A DNA stretch of 64,000 bases from Selaginella moellendorffii (taxonomy: Eukaryota; Plantae; Lycopodiophyta), in NCBI RefSeq assembly GCF_000143415.4, contig NW_003314279.1, positions 1,873,679-1,937,678 of the forward strand, in the 5' to 3' direction. The notes under the pieces are model-generated. The model did not search any database. It was not told the DNA's origin and saw nothing but the letters and a program-made list of their open reading frames with translations. Shown one piece after another: positions 51,185 through 64,000 of this stretch (within the stretch, counting starts at the first letter, position 1; each line of letters starts with the position of its first letter). The position numbers were made by a program, and so were the translations under genes.

Positions 51185-54100
51185 GATGGCTATTAATATT
51201 AGTATATGGTATTGTAACCATATATTTGGACCTCACATCATCTTTTCATCTTAGAAGGATGGAAGGCAGTTAGTTGATAGGCTAGGATTTGTTAAACCAT
51301 TAAGAGGAGGCATTGGTGGATATGTAGGTGGTATTAATTATTCCTGATCCCTTTGTACAAAGTGTTTTAATTATTGTACATGCACAATTTTTGGAGGATC
51401 AGTTTGTTGAACATCATGCCTAATCTCATAAACTTGTAGTCCAAGTTGCTATAACACTTGATACAATCCCTTCTATTAAGTACAGAGCTAATATTAGGAA
51501 AACAAACTAACATCAAGTCATTTATTTTATACTCCACATATGAACAATAATGAGAGTTGTAGCACTCTTGTTATCCCATTTGTATGTGGCCAAAGTGTTT
51601 GGTGGATAAGTGGAAGAATGCTTGTCAAATATTAATCCTAGAACATAGCATTCGTCACTTGTGCTAATCATGAAGGTAAACTCAACTTCATTGTCAATAT
51701 CAAATCATGACGATATAAAAGTTTATATAGTGATGCACTAATAGAACTCTGTACCCTTGTGACATATGTATATTGAAGAGATGATAAATAACCATCTCAA
51801 TTCGAATGCTGTAAGTTCACGTACTTTACAATTATCCCCTTAAAGGTCTGAACGAGTTGTTCCACCAAATTACCTGTCTGTGGATGATAAACACTTGTAA
51901 AAGTGTGGCGTGTTCCTAGCCAAGATATTAAAACGTGATATGCCTTAGCCATAAATGCGGGACCATTATCCGAGAGAATTTACTCCAAACAAGAATGTTG
52001 AAACACCATTCGATTGAGTAGGAAGTATTCAACAATAGTTGTAGACATGATGACTTCCACCCAACAACACCAACTTCCACCCAGCAAGTGAAGTTATTAA
52101 AAGAAATAATAATATACTCATTGCCAATAGTCAATCATAGAAAACATGGAAAAAGCTCCATCAAATCAAATGCCACAAACTCAAATGGACATGAAATTAC
52201 AATTAACTTTAACCATCCTTCTACAGTATGAGCGGGAGTATTACGAGCTTGGCACCAAATGCAATTACGCATATACTATATAATATCATGTTGCATCTCC
52301 AACCAATAAAAAGGTCTGAGCAGCTTTTTTGTCACATAATGATGTCCTATATACCTATATAGAATAGGAGAATCATGATAGGCATGAAGAAAGCGTGAAA
52401 TAAAGATCGAAGACACCACTAGTCATAAATTGTAGCGCATGTGGTTTTGACCTTTTATCCTATGGTGATTTACCATAGGATAACACCACGAAGTGGAACC
52501 TAAACCCTCTTTATACCATGTGACACATGCCACATGTCATGTGCCACGTGTCCAAAGGACAGTGGTGTGGAACCTGAGGTTCAGGGCCTTGGGCCACTGA
52601 ACGAAGGAACGGTGCCAAACTCCCAAGCATGCAGCCTAGGAGTGATGGAAGCGGACCACAGAGCAACTCCCGAGTATACAGCCCAAGGAGCGAAGGGATA
52701 AAAGTCTGGAGCAACTTAGAATAGTCCTAGAGCAACCAGCATCCCAATGCTAGGACCAGCACGCAAAAAAAAGCTAAATGGAGTCTAGTGCTATTTCGGC
52801 ATACCAGTGGCCTAACGCAAGGACATGGGTACTCCACCAGCTAGCATGGAATGGAACTTGGGTTTAAACCCAAGCCGGTCATGGACCAGGGATAGGCCCC
52901 CAAGCAAGAGTTAGACTATGCCTTAGGTTAGTCAGCCATGCCCAACCTACCCATTATCCTTTTTATACAATTGGAACCCCCCAAAACCCCCCCCCCCCCC
53001 CCCCCTTGAGGAACACACCCCCCTTGAGGAACACATGCTTTGGGCTTTCACCCCAAGCCAGGATCAACTTGAAACTTACTAAATATGGAATGGCGCTAGA
53101 TTGTGAATTTGGACACGGGACGAACACCATTGTGTTCAGGCCAATCTCTACATTTCGTAGATATGCCAAATGAGCAAATTTGGACACTTTCTATAAATAA
53201 CATTTGGGACCAAAATAAGACCAACACAAAGGGCATGATAGCGAGGGTGTTTGGCAGACATGGTAAGCTATCATTTAGCGATATTGAGGGACCAAGCTCA
53301 ATATCGCGGGGGTTCCCAACACTAGCAAGTGCAAGTCAACGAATGAGTTTCTCTAACTAGGTCAAGTATGATTGACTAAATAAACACTTAGGAATTCCTT
53401 CCTTATGCTCATCTGGTCAAGTGCACATGTGAAGACCAGTTTCTCAACTAGCTTAGGTGGAGACTGATAACGGGTCCAGCAATACCAACCTCCTGCCATC
53501 GTGGCAGTAAGGAAAGAGTGTCTGTAAGGGCTAGCTGACAGGTAACTTTTGATATCTGAAATCACATTTGCGACACTCACCCCCCCTAGGGAAGATCGAC
53601 ATCTTCATCGATGCATACTCCAGTCTAGAATACTGCCAAGGAAACAACTTCAGAAAAAGTTCACGGTATTCACACTATGTGAGAAATGCACCAACTTAAA
53701 TGAGTTATGAGGCAACCTCTTTGTCTAATGCGAATGCGTTACTAGCTTAGACACCTTTCGACTGTCACCGACAAGGAAATAACCAACGGAGTCAGCCACC
53801 CTTGTTTCTCTGGGTGTCACCCAGCTTACAAAAGTGTGATACAACCCTGCCCGCAGGGACATAGAGATAGAAGCCAGAGGCCCCAACCCTCATGAGCAAA
53901 GAAATCAAACCCATCGATAAGGTTTAGATAGACTACTGTAAATAGACAGTTAAAGTTGTTTACACGGTCATGCCCTTTTTAACGGAATAAGGAACATTGA
54001 CAGAGAGGCGAGTGATATGACCAGTTGACAATAGCTTCAAAGGTTTATATAAGCATCAGCTGCTAACTCAATTCAACAAAATGCAGCATAAATGCCACAC

Positions 54101-57100
54101 TCTACCAATAGAAATTTACAACACCCAACACCACTAACTTTTGTGCACAACATGAATAAACTCATGCCACTCTCTTTTTGACCAAACTCAAAACTAATTC
54201 AACACCAAACTACTCAAGGAGCAATAACAAGGTCCCCCGGAAAAGAATTGAGCATTGTAACCCAAGTCTTCAATAATAAGCCTAGACAAAATGGTATAGT
54301 GTTTCACTGCTATCCATCCCACGACTCACCATTTGCAAGATTATCATTTCCAGCATGCATCAAGGTAAGGACTCTTGATTGCATGATATGCACGAGCAAT
54401 GAGTTAACACCTCATTGCAAATCATTTCTCCAAGAAGAGAAAATGATTTACGTGTTTGATCCTTCATCCCTGACGACTCTCTTTTTGATCTCATCTTTGA
54501 CTAAACCTCAAGCTTGCTTTCGCACTACCTTTAGTCTAATCCAAGAAAAGTTTATAAGAGAGCACAGCAATGATTACTTGAATCAATAGATTCATCTTTA
54601 TAGTTTTGATTGATCCACTTGTAATCATGCCTAGGAAGGATCCACTAGTGCCATGCTAAACAGCTATGGACCAGCCTATTTGCCACTCATAGCAAACCCA
54701 AGGAACGTTTACTTTCACCCATGGTACATGGAACAACTCACGGAACTATCAATAGGCTAACATTAATCTTGCCAACTCAAAGTATAACCTTGAGTTGCTA
54801 ATGCACCTCACTCACAAGCCCAAGCTCAAACTCGTGTGAACGGAACATCTCAATCCATCTTATGAGCCCAAGAGCAAGCTCACATCATAAGGTACGACAA
54901 GGTAACCAAATCCATATCTAAGGAACAATGCAAAGCTTTTGCACTAAACGTGTACCCACTTGGATCATCGTTTTCATCTTTGCATATGCAACGAGACTAG
55001 TTGCCTAATCTCATTGGATAGTACTCGCCGAAACTCATCCTCTAATACCAAATGTAGCACATGTGGTTTTGACCTTTTATCCTATAGTGATTTACCATAG
55101 GATAACACCACGAAGCGGAATCTAAACCCTCTTTATGCCACATGACATATGCCACATGTCATATGCCACATGTCCAAAGGACAGTGCTATGGAACCTGAG
55201 GTTTAGAGCCTTGGGCCACTGAACAAAGGAATGGTGCTAAACTCCCAAGCATGGAGCCAATAAGTGATGGAACCGGACCATGGAGCAACTCTCGAGCATA
55301 CAGTCTAAAGAGCGAAATGACAGGAGCCCAAAACAACTTGGAACAGTCCTAGAGCAACCAGCATCCCAATGCCAAGACTAGTACGCAAAACGGAGCCAAA
55401 CGGAGTCTGGTGCTATTTCAGTATACCGGTGGCCTAACGCAAGGACATGGGTACTCCACCAACTAGTATGGAAAGGAACTTGGGCTTAGACCCAAGCCAG
55501 ACATAGAACAAGGACAGGCACGCAAGTGGGAGTTAAACTATGCCTTAGGTTAGTCAGCCATACCGACCTACCCACTATCCCTACTATACCCCCCATAGCG
55601 CCCCCCCACCCCCTTGCTTTGGGCTTTCACCCCAAGCCTCCTTTAGTATCAGGAGTTAGTCTCTAAGACAAGCTCAAAACTTGCTAAATATGGAATGGTA
55701 CTAGATTGCGAATTTGGACATGGGACGAACACCATTGTGTTCAGGCTAATCTCTACATTCCGTAGATATGCCAAATGAGCAAATCTGGGCACTTTCCATA
55801 AATAGCATTTAAGACCGAAATGAGACTAACACAAAAGGCATGATAGCGAGGGTGTTTGGCAAACATGGTAAGCTATCATCTAGTGATATTGAGGGACCAA
55901 GCTCAATATCACAGGGGTTCCTAACACTAGCAAGTGCAAGTCAACGAATGAGTTTCTCTAACTAGGTCAAGTATGCTTGACTAAATAAACACTTAGGAAT
56001 TTCTTCCTTATGCTCATCTAGTTAAGTGCGCACGTGAAGACCAATTTCTCAACTAGCTTAGGTGGAGACTGATAATGGGTCTAGCAATACTGACCTCCTG
56101 CCATCGTGGCAGTAAGGAAAGAGTGTCCGTAAAGACTGGCCGACAGGTAACTTTCGATACCCGAAGTCATATTTGCGACATAAATGATCATTAGGATTCA
56201 TCCTCATAAAATAAAGAAGGTCATCATTAAAGTGATATTAAGAATGTCAATGCTAAAATGGCAAGTCATCAGCAAGTGATGCAAGATTCTTAAAACCTTT
56301 GCAAAGCCTTTGGATCTATAACTTAATTTTTTGAGCCTCACAAACCTCGTCAAGATAAGGTAAATTTTGCTCTACACTTTGTAGATACTGAATATCAAAT
56401 ACAACAATAGCAGATGATATAAAATTCAAGTCTAGAAATACACAGATGTTGGAATAATAAACTTATTAGAAATATGATAAGAGAGCCAAGAAGGAAGAGG
56501 AGCTTGAGAAAAGGCGTCAACATTAACTATAAAACTCCCTAAATGATGAATAACCTTGAAATCATATATCTAAAACTTTAAGGCCCACTAAGCAGTACAA
56601 CCAACTAAATTCTTTTATTTCAATAATAAAGTAATTGCAACATAATTACCTTTTAAAAACCATATAAATATGCATAAAGTTTCTTGAAACCCTAAATTGT
56701 TGCTAAATAGTTTGTTGTGTAGTTCACCTATATTGGTTGTAATGTAAAACTGATATATACAATGGGATGGCACTGACCAAACACACTTAGGCTCTCTTGT
56801 ATCAACACAACTTTAAAACCAATATCAGAAGCATTTATGTGCAAAATAAAAAGTTAAGTATAGTCAAGATATGCCAAAACTAAAAGAGTCATTAACAACT
56901 CTTTGAGATTTATAAATGCCCTCTCATAATCCATAAACAAGATGAAAGATAATATTGACAACTTAAAAAATACTCACAATAGTGCATTACAATAAAAAAG
57001 ATGATCAAAGAAATAGTTGAGACATTGCACATTGCCTAAAAAGTGTTGCACATCATTCACACACTTTGGAATAAGGAAGTTAATAACAATCACAAGTTTA

Positions 57101-57467
57101 TCATAACCAATTTACAAACCTTCACAAGAAATATGGTATCCAAGATAAATCATATCCTTAGACTCAAATACGCACTTTGACCACTTCAACTTTAAATTAA
57201 TTTCACGCAATTGATCCAACACTTTATGAACATCACAAATATGCTCCTCCCATATCATGTCTAAGTGGATCAAAACATCATCAATAAAGTCAATAGTCAC
57301 CTCTAGCAAAACCTCATCTATCATCTACTAGAAAGCCACTAGAGCATTATTCAAACTGAATGGCATCATCAAGAACTCATACAAGCTAAATGGTGTATGA
57401 AAAACAATCTTAAGAACATCTTCCTCAGCCATCAACACTTACTAGTACCCAAAAGTAAGATTTAACT
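51185..57467 (-). mobile_element. Old, heavily AT-mutated, 5'-truncated copy of family C, interrupted by 52431-56180
   Basis: 51185-52430 aligns to C 36080-37350 (3' LTR remnant TAATATTAGTATA.GG..., integrase). 56181-57467 aligns to C 37350-38660 (remnant ORF FIDDVLIH...LKLKWSKCVF). Confidence 0.9.
52431..56180 (-). mobile_element. Non-autonomous LTR element of family B (LARD-like; LTRs of about 1.13 kb, non-coding interior of about 1.5 kb)
   Basis: LTRs at 52431-53575 and 55052-56180 (plus strand TGTAGC...GCGACA). TSD TAAAT at 52426-52430 and 56181-56185. On the minus strand the PBS is TGGTATTAGAG (55049-55039) and the PPT is AGGGGGGGTGAG next to 53575. No gag or pol motifs are visible inside. 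Confidence 0.93.
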
Positions 57468-60400
57468 ATAAAACAAAATCTTTAAGCCCCAAAATAGAGT
57501 CGAAAGCATGCCATATGGTACTGGTTAAAATGGAAGTATAATAAACGTAATGCATTAGAACCAAAAGCTTCAACCTAGAAAGGCGACAGTATGAGTGAAA
57601 TTCCAAATGAAATGCTCAAGGAATAAGCACGAAGTGATTGGTGAATAAGTATTTAAAAAAGGATACAAGAACTAACACATAGCAAATGTTATAACACATG
57701 AAAGTGTTGAGAAAGAATCCAAGATGGACTCCGAAATAAAGTCCAATAAGGAATCTGAGAAAGAGTCCAAGATGGAGCCCAAGACCGAGACTGATACCAA
57801 AACCAAGTCCAGAATCTGAGTCTAAGTCCAAATCTAAGTCCGAGTATGAATTTGAGCTTGAGTTTAAGTCCAAATAGAAGAAGGGTGAAAGCCCAAAACA
57901 ATCATCTCCCAAACCCTAAAAAGTTTAATGAGCTCCAAAAGGATAGTAAGGGGAGGAAACCAATTAACCCTAAACCAGTCTACTAGACACCAAAGTTGAC
58001 ATCCATAGACTTCCACTCTATCCCCAGGAGTTCATGGAAAAGATCATTACACCACTTGATCCACTTCAAACTAAGTGGAAAGAAGCTACTAGTGTAAGTG
58101 TGTAGAAGCAAAGCATGAGCTTGTCATGCTGCCCGCCACTGCCGGCTATGGCTTGAGCTTTCAAAGTGTCAAGCTACAAAAAAAAGAGGAGTTATTCTTG
58201 AAAGCTAGCACAGGAGAAAGGGAAGAAATGCATACTTCCAACTTCTGATGTTATTACTTCACTGGCTTGGAAAGTCCATTAGCTGCAAGGGAGAGTTAGA
58301 ATTTGCTTCCAGGAAGGAAAAAGTAGAAAGGAGAAAAGCTCACCTCAGCAAGCCTGGTTACAGTAGAGGAGCAAAGAAGGGTGGAGAAGACCAATCGCAA
58401 TTCTGGGCACGATTGCTGCCGCCAAGTACAATCTTGTCGCTGGCACATGAAGTAGTCAGTGGCGATGAAGAGGAGCAAGAAGGTGTCTGGCACAGGAGCG
58501 CTAAGAACACAAGCAATGGCCACGCTCCAGATCTTCCACTTGAGCTCAGACGCAGTACAAGAGACTGTCACCATGATGTCGAAAAACCACGCCCCCACCG
58601 GGTGATCCATCTTGAGCCCAAACCGATTGACCCTCACAAGCCCTACCAATCTATGCTGCTGCGGAAGCAGTCGGCCACACCATCCCACTGCCCGGGATCC
58701 TATCCTCGGGAATCATCATTTTACTAAACCCTACGAAACTCCTTTTAGAAGTTGGCCTGCCCAAAAAGAAAAGATCCTGAAAGAGTTTAGGGTTCTTGCG
58801 GGAAAAGGGCATAGCCGTACGCCTCTGCCTATCCTGTCATCGCTGGATCCTCCAGAGCCTCCGCCGCCAATTTGTTTGGCCACTCGAAGAAGTGGCAAAG
58901 TGGGCGCCTATTTGCGTCACTACTTGGGAGCAGGGAGCGGCTGTCACACGACCAGGGTATTTCGCAATGACTAAAGAGGAGGCAGCGCGATTCATGGATG
59001 GCAGAGCTCCCCAGGCCGAGGGCGCGTTCTCAAGGTGGCAACGCATTCCAGGAGGGCCGGGCCATCGAGGCATTCCAGCGCGAGGCATTCCAGGAGGAAG
59101 GGGACGCCCCTGGCGCTGTTTGGAGGCAATTCGTAGGTCACAGGGGTAGGGCGATTTGATCAGATGGCACGAATGATGCGCGATCGATTGTGTGTGCCCA
59201 TACACTTGTAAAAACAAATTTTGGCCGTGGTATTTTTCCGCCCAGCATATTTTCTTTTCTAGTTTTTGAAGAATAATGTGGGGATTCTAGCATGGCCATC
59301 GAGTTTTGCTTTCCATTGTTTATAAGAGCATGCCGATGTTTTTTTTCCCTTCTTAAGCTAGAAAAAGATTGCCTTCGATAGAAATATGCTAAGTGGGAAC
59401 GTGGACCACTCTTGAGCTCATGAGTTGAAAAGTTGAGTTCACGAGTTGAGCTCAATTTTCAATTGCAATTTAATACAAATATTATAAATTTTAAAAAATT
59501 AATGTTATAAAAAACCTAACTTTATATTATATTTTCATAACTCTCTACATTTTATATGGATAAAACTATTTTAGAGGAGGCTTCTTGTCCAAGAATTTAA
59601 ATATTTACTATATGTTATTTTATTTAAGTTCGCTAAAACATAAAATAAAATGGTTCTAATGTTGGTAGTTTCAACTCTTGACATCTTTCTTCTCTGGGTA
59701 GTAATTTAAGGACTAGAAGCTACAATATTCATCCCATTGCATAACACATCCAAACCATATAAAAGATAGAAAAATAGGATAATGAGAATAATGATCATAT
59801 ATTAGAGATAAACGCAATGATAAAGGGTGCAACAATTTAGGTGATAAAAAATGCCCTTCTATTTATTTTAAAAAATTGCAATTCCATGACTTTCAAGAAA
59901 TGCCCCATTTGTTTTCTAGCTTTTGGTGGAAATAGTGGTGACAGTCAGTACAACAACATATACACTTTTGTAACAGATTGTAATATCATGGCCCCAAACT
60001 ACTATGAAATATGTTTTGAGATGGTAAAGACAAAAACAGAGAGACACTAGTATTATAGATAGTATTGTAAAAAGAAAACTTGGAAGTATATGAAATGAAA
60101 TGAATGTTTTATTATTAATAAAGTATAAAAAGTATATATTACTGATAGAGAATAAATATCAATAGTATTATTAGCTCCAAAAGTCTTACAACTTAGCAGT
60201 AGTAAAGCTTGCTTAGTGTATATAAATGTCCACTTTAGGATCTTAGTGTAAAGTGTTAATAAAAATGTAATATATATATGCCTTCTTATGCCTTCCTATG
60301 TTTCTTGTGCTTAGTAAAGTTTGGTTATGTGCAAAAAAAGCATTGAATAACAATTGTGTACTCTTTATTTTTTATTTTAACAATGTGCAACATCTTGGAG

Positions 60401-61632
60401 TAAAATGGTACTCAATATTAAGCCTATGAGAGCTTTTTGTTCCAAGATCTATACCAATATCTTCACTAATAAAGAAAAAACAATACTTTGAGTGAACAGT
60501 TTTCATGTCATTAATAAAAGCTTGGGAATTGTACTCTATAGATGTGCCACGAACCACTTTCTCAACGACAGTTGCCACTTCTTGAGCTGGTGGAATCACC
60601 TTCCTCTATATCCTATCGTTGAACATCTTAACAAAAAGCCTTGTTCCTAGTATTTTCCTACTTCAAATGCTAATGCTTTTGAAGACTACTCTATAGCATA
60701 TATCAAATCTAATAAACATGTTTTATACAGATTTATCTTCCTTTTTTCTGCCTCAAAAAAATACTAGCTTTAGTGGTTACTTTTGGAGAGATTCATAATT
60801 GGGGTGTACGTAAGGTCCTCAAGTGGTTGGTTCTAGTGAAAAAGACAACATTAAAAGGCAACAAAAATAAAGAAGAAATAAAAGACTTCATCTCTTCCAA
60901 CCACTCTATCCCACAAAAGGAAGTAATACATTTTGGCCTTGTAAATGGCACAATATAAAGGAAAATTTTTGCAAAACCAACACTTGAATTTAATAATAAT
61001 AGTGTCATGGGCAAGAGGATTGATTGTAGACTTTTCAAAAAATATAAAATTTTTATAGCTATTTTGATTACATGTTTCATCTATGCAATCTAAATGCCTA
61101 CCACAATGAACTATAGACATTGTTCAAAATGCTGGAAGTGTGTGGTCTTGATCTTACACCAGTTTTAGACATCCTACTTGGTCTCCATTCCTTTTTGTTC
61201 GGAACTAATGTTGTTGACAAGAGGCTTTAGATCAAAGAAGATATTGCTGTTGTAATAGGACAGAAGCTCACTCATAGGTCTATATAGAAATAAGTGTACG
61301 TTATTGAGAAGTGGGAAAAGTGGAAAGCATTACTAATAGCTTTGAATATTACTGAAGATGGAGCTCGTGAATTTGGGGCTGACACTAGCATAACTTTTCC
61401 ACTTGAACTGGAAGAGGAGGAGAGGATGATGACTAACTCTTTCTTCATATTCACTTTAGCTTAAACACTTTGATTGGAGATCCAAAAACATGAATTTCTT
61501 TAGACTTTTAATTCTGCAAATCTTAATGTTATCCATCCTTGCCCACACTAGAAAGAAAAAACACCAAGCAACAACAATATTGGTGTTGTTGTGGATCACA
61601 ACCTCTAACAAAATAGAGCTAAGATGAAGATT

Positions 61633-61718
61633 AAAACGGCGACATACAAAACTTTTAAAAACATGACTTTGAGAGAAAACGGCAACATACAAAACTTTTA
61701 AAAACATGACTTTGAGAG
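61633..61718. repeat. 43-bp tandem duplication
   Basis: AAAACGGC(G/A)ACATACAAAACTTTTAAAAACATGACTTTGAGAG, twice. Confidence 0.9.
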
Positions 61719-61852
61719 AAAAAAAGTGGTGCGTGATATGAAAATGTAGAAGAACCTTTCCATCTTTCATTATAGTTTTGGAGTTTTCTATGTCCCTTAT
61801 ACTACTTATAAAAATCTATAGTGAAACATAAATTGAGATTTAAGGACAGCAA

Positions 61853-62047
61853 TGTAAGCTCCTAGAATTTGGACTTCTCGGGAGGTCACCCAACCCAGTA
61901 CTATTCAAATCCAAGGACGCTTAACCCCAAGTATCCCAAAACCTTTAACCGATTAGAAAAGGGGGTGCACTCTTATTCATGGGCTCTTTCCCTCTATATT
62001 TGAACCCCATGGATTGTCTCTCGAGTCATTCTCTTTGATTGCTTACA
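61853..62047. mobile_element. Cassandra-like solo LTR carrying a 5S rRNA internal-promoter segment
   Basis: 195 bp bounded by the inverted repeat TGTAAGC...GCTTACA, with flanks AGCAA and AGTAA (a TSD with one transition). The reverse complement of 61871-61925 is GTTAAGCGTCCTTGGATTTGAATAGTACTGGGTTGGGTGACCTCCCGAGAAGTCC, 45/55 identical without gaps to the A-box/IE/C-box part of plant 5S rRNA as I recall it. Confidence 0.85.
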
Positions 62048-62711
62048 AGTAATAAAAAGAATAATAACAACGTACAAATAAATTTAAATACTATAGCATA
62101 TCTAATATGTGTAAATGTGATAGTATTATCATGTGTTTTGTTGTCTATTGCATGCACATAAATCCAAGAAAAGGATTTCAGCACGTAAAGTTTAATTGTG
62201 AATGATGATAGTAATGACATTCTGCTTTGGCATGGAGATCCAAGATATCCAATCACATGTAAAATATCAGTAGTTTGTCAAATCTTTAGTGTTAGGCGAT
62301 GTCAGTAATGATAATTCTTCAATGACATAGTTTTGATTCTCAATATGAGTTAAGTTTTAGCCATATATGCAAATACTGCTCAATGATAATTAGAGCATGT
62401 GCCTGTAATTTAGGTTCATACACAATACAAAACAAATTTATGGATGAGGATTTATCCATTCATAGATTAAAATAGTACAATATATTTAATATAATAATGC
62501 AACATACCAGATTTATACTCTTTAAAGTTCTGTTATGAATCCAAAATATGTATGAAATCTTGTTGAGAATGCATCCTTTCTATATAATTGAGAAAACTAA
62601 TATAAATATAATATATATATATAATAATATACATCATTTATTAATTTTAAGAAATTCACATATAATTTGAATGTATCTTATGTTAATAATAAAATAAAAA
62701 TAGGGTATAGG

Positions 62712-63995
62712 CCAAGTAGTTTTTGGCCTCGAGGTGGAGCTTGGGCCCCCCAGCTCGGGCAGTTTCTGGCCTCAAGGGCCCAAGGTTATTCAAATAACCT
62801 CGGGCCCCCGGACCCCAAAACTACCCGAGGTCAAGCTTAGGCTCCCCACCTCAGGCAGTTTCGGCCTTGAGGGCCCTAGGTTATTCAAATAACCTTGGGC
62901 CCCCGGACCCCGAAACTGCCCAAGGTTGAGCTCGAGCTCCCCACCTCGGGCAGTTTCTGGCCTCGAGGGCCCCAGGTTATTCAAATAACCTCGGGCCCCC
63001 GGACCCCGAAACTGCCCGAGGTCGAGCTCGGGCTCCCCACCTCGGGCAGTTTCTGGCCTCGAGGGCCCCAGGTTATTCAAATAACCTCGGGCCCCGAAAC
63101 TGCCCGAGGTCGAGCTCGGGCTCCCCACCTCGGGCAGTTTCTGGCCTCGAGGGCCCCAGGTTATTCAAATATCCTTGGGCCCCCGAACCGCGAAATTGCC
63201 CGAGGTCGAGCTCGAGCTCCCCACCTCGGGCAGTTTCTGGCCTCGAGGGCCCCAGGTTATTCAAATATCCTTGGGCCCCCGGACCGCAAAACTGCCTAAG
63301 GTCGAGCTCAGGCTCCCCACCTTGGGCAGTTTCTGGCCTCGAGGGCCCCAGGTTATTCAAATAACCTCGGGCCCCTGGACCCCGAAACTGCCTGAAGTCA
63401 AGCTTGGGCTCCCCACCTCGGGCAGTTTCTGGCCTCGTGGGCCCGAGGTTATTCAAATAACCTCGGGCCCCGAAACTGCCCGAGGTCGAGCTCGGGCTCC
63501 CCACCTCGGGCAGTTTCTGGCCTCGAGGGCCCCAGGTTATTCAAATATCCTTGGGCCCCCGAACCGCGAAATTGCCCGAGGTCGAGCTCGAGCTCCCCAC
63601 CTCGGGCAGTTTCTGGCCTCGAGGGCCCCAGGTTATTCAAATATCCTTGGGCCCCCGGACCGCAAAACTGCCTGAGGTCGAGCTCAGGCTCCCCACCTTG
63701 GGCAGTTTCTGGCCTCGAGGGCCCCAGGTTATTCAAATAACCTCGGGCCCCTGGACCCCGAAACTGCCTGAAGTCAAGCTTGGGCTCCCCACCTCGGGCA
63801 GTTTCTGGCCTCGTGGGCCCGAGGTTATTCAAATAACCTCGGGCCCCCAGACCCCAAAACTGCCCGAGGTCGAGCTCGGGCTCCCCACCTCGGGCAGTTT
63901 CTGGCCTCGTGGGCCTGAGGTTATTCAAATAACCTCCGGCCCCCGGACCCTGAAACTGCCCAAGGTCGAGCTTGAGCTCCCCATCTCAGGCCCCA
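62712..63995. repeat. GC-rich tandem array, 96-bp palindromic monomer (about 13 copies), 376-bp higher-order unit
   Basis: GGGCAGTTTC recurs at 62757, 62853, 62948, 63044, 63132, 63228, 63324, 63420, 63508, 63604, 63700, 63796 and 63892. The spacings are 96, 95, 96, 88, 96, 96, 96, 88, 96, 96, 96 and 96. Confidence 0.97.
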
Positions 63996-64000
63996 AAATT

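Noticed and set aside
57600-59220. Low-complexity E/S/K stretch and GC-rich overlapping ORFs
   Set aside because: This is probably a decayed gene or TE fragment, but no frame gives a recognisable domain.
60370-61460. Possible decayed transposase-like coding remnant (RKVIPPAQEV...) on the minus strand
   Set aside because: It has many stops, and the similarity is too weak to name a family without a profile search.
61871-61925. Functional 5S rRNA gene
   Set aside because: Only the internal 55 nt match. The 5' part and the 3' end with its terminator are absent, and the segment sits inside TG...CA termini with a TSD.
62790-63928. Long repetitive ORFs on both strands (GARGYLNNLGPSRPETARGG...)
   Set aside because: They are a by-product of a GC-rich 96-bp monomer (a multiple of 3), and the frames shift at each 88-bp variant.
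62712-63995. CRISPR-like palindromic repeats
   Set aside because: The units are head-to-tail with no unique spacers, there are no cas genes and the context is eukaryotic.

Overview
This is eukaryotic plant DNA. The very short GT-AG introns (about 45-65 nt) and the gene sequences point to a lycophyte such as Selaginella, which is an inference. The window is repeat-rich. Host genes that look intact or potentially functional are a full-size ABCG/PDR transporter (31981 down to 26603, 3' end lost in an N gap), an intronless pre-SET/SET/post-SET methyltransferase ORF (2290-3000) and a secreted chimeric bulb-type lectin (17914 down to 17009). The N-terminal domain of that lectin resembles a cysteine-poor KP4 killer-toxin fold. 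Dead intron-containing copies or fragments of SEC/OGT, FTSH4 and ELP3 are present, as is a bacterial-like secreted LamG gene split by a Ty3/gypsy element. The LTR elements could be resolved with their TSDs. Element A (5144-14271) has a solo LTR in its 5' LTR, and that solo LTR holds a 655-bp TRIM. Element C (35959-40968) has 174-bp LTRs, a 4-bp TSD and a canonical -1 frameshift heptamer with a pseudoknot. Element D (43698-50841) lacks RT, has a dead RNase H and has a hairpin where the PPT should be. An old AT-eroded copy of C is interrupted by a non-coding LTR element (52431-56180). A solo LTR carrying a 5S rRNA promoter segment (Cassandra-like) lies at 61853-62047. The window ends in a palindromic 96-bp GC-rich tandem array with a 376-bp higher-order unit. 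All alignments were done by eye and no searches were run.
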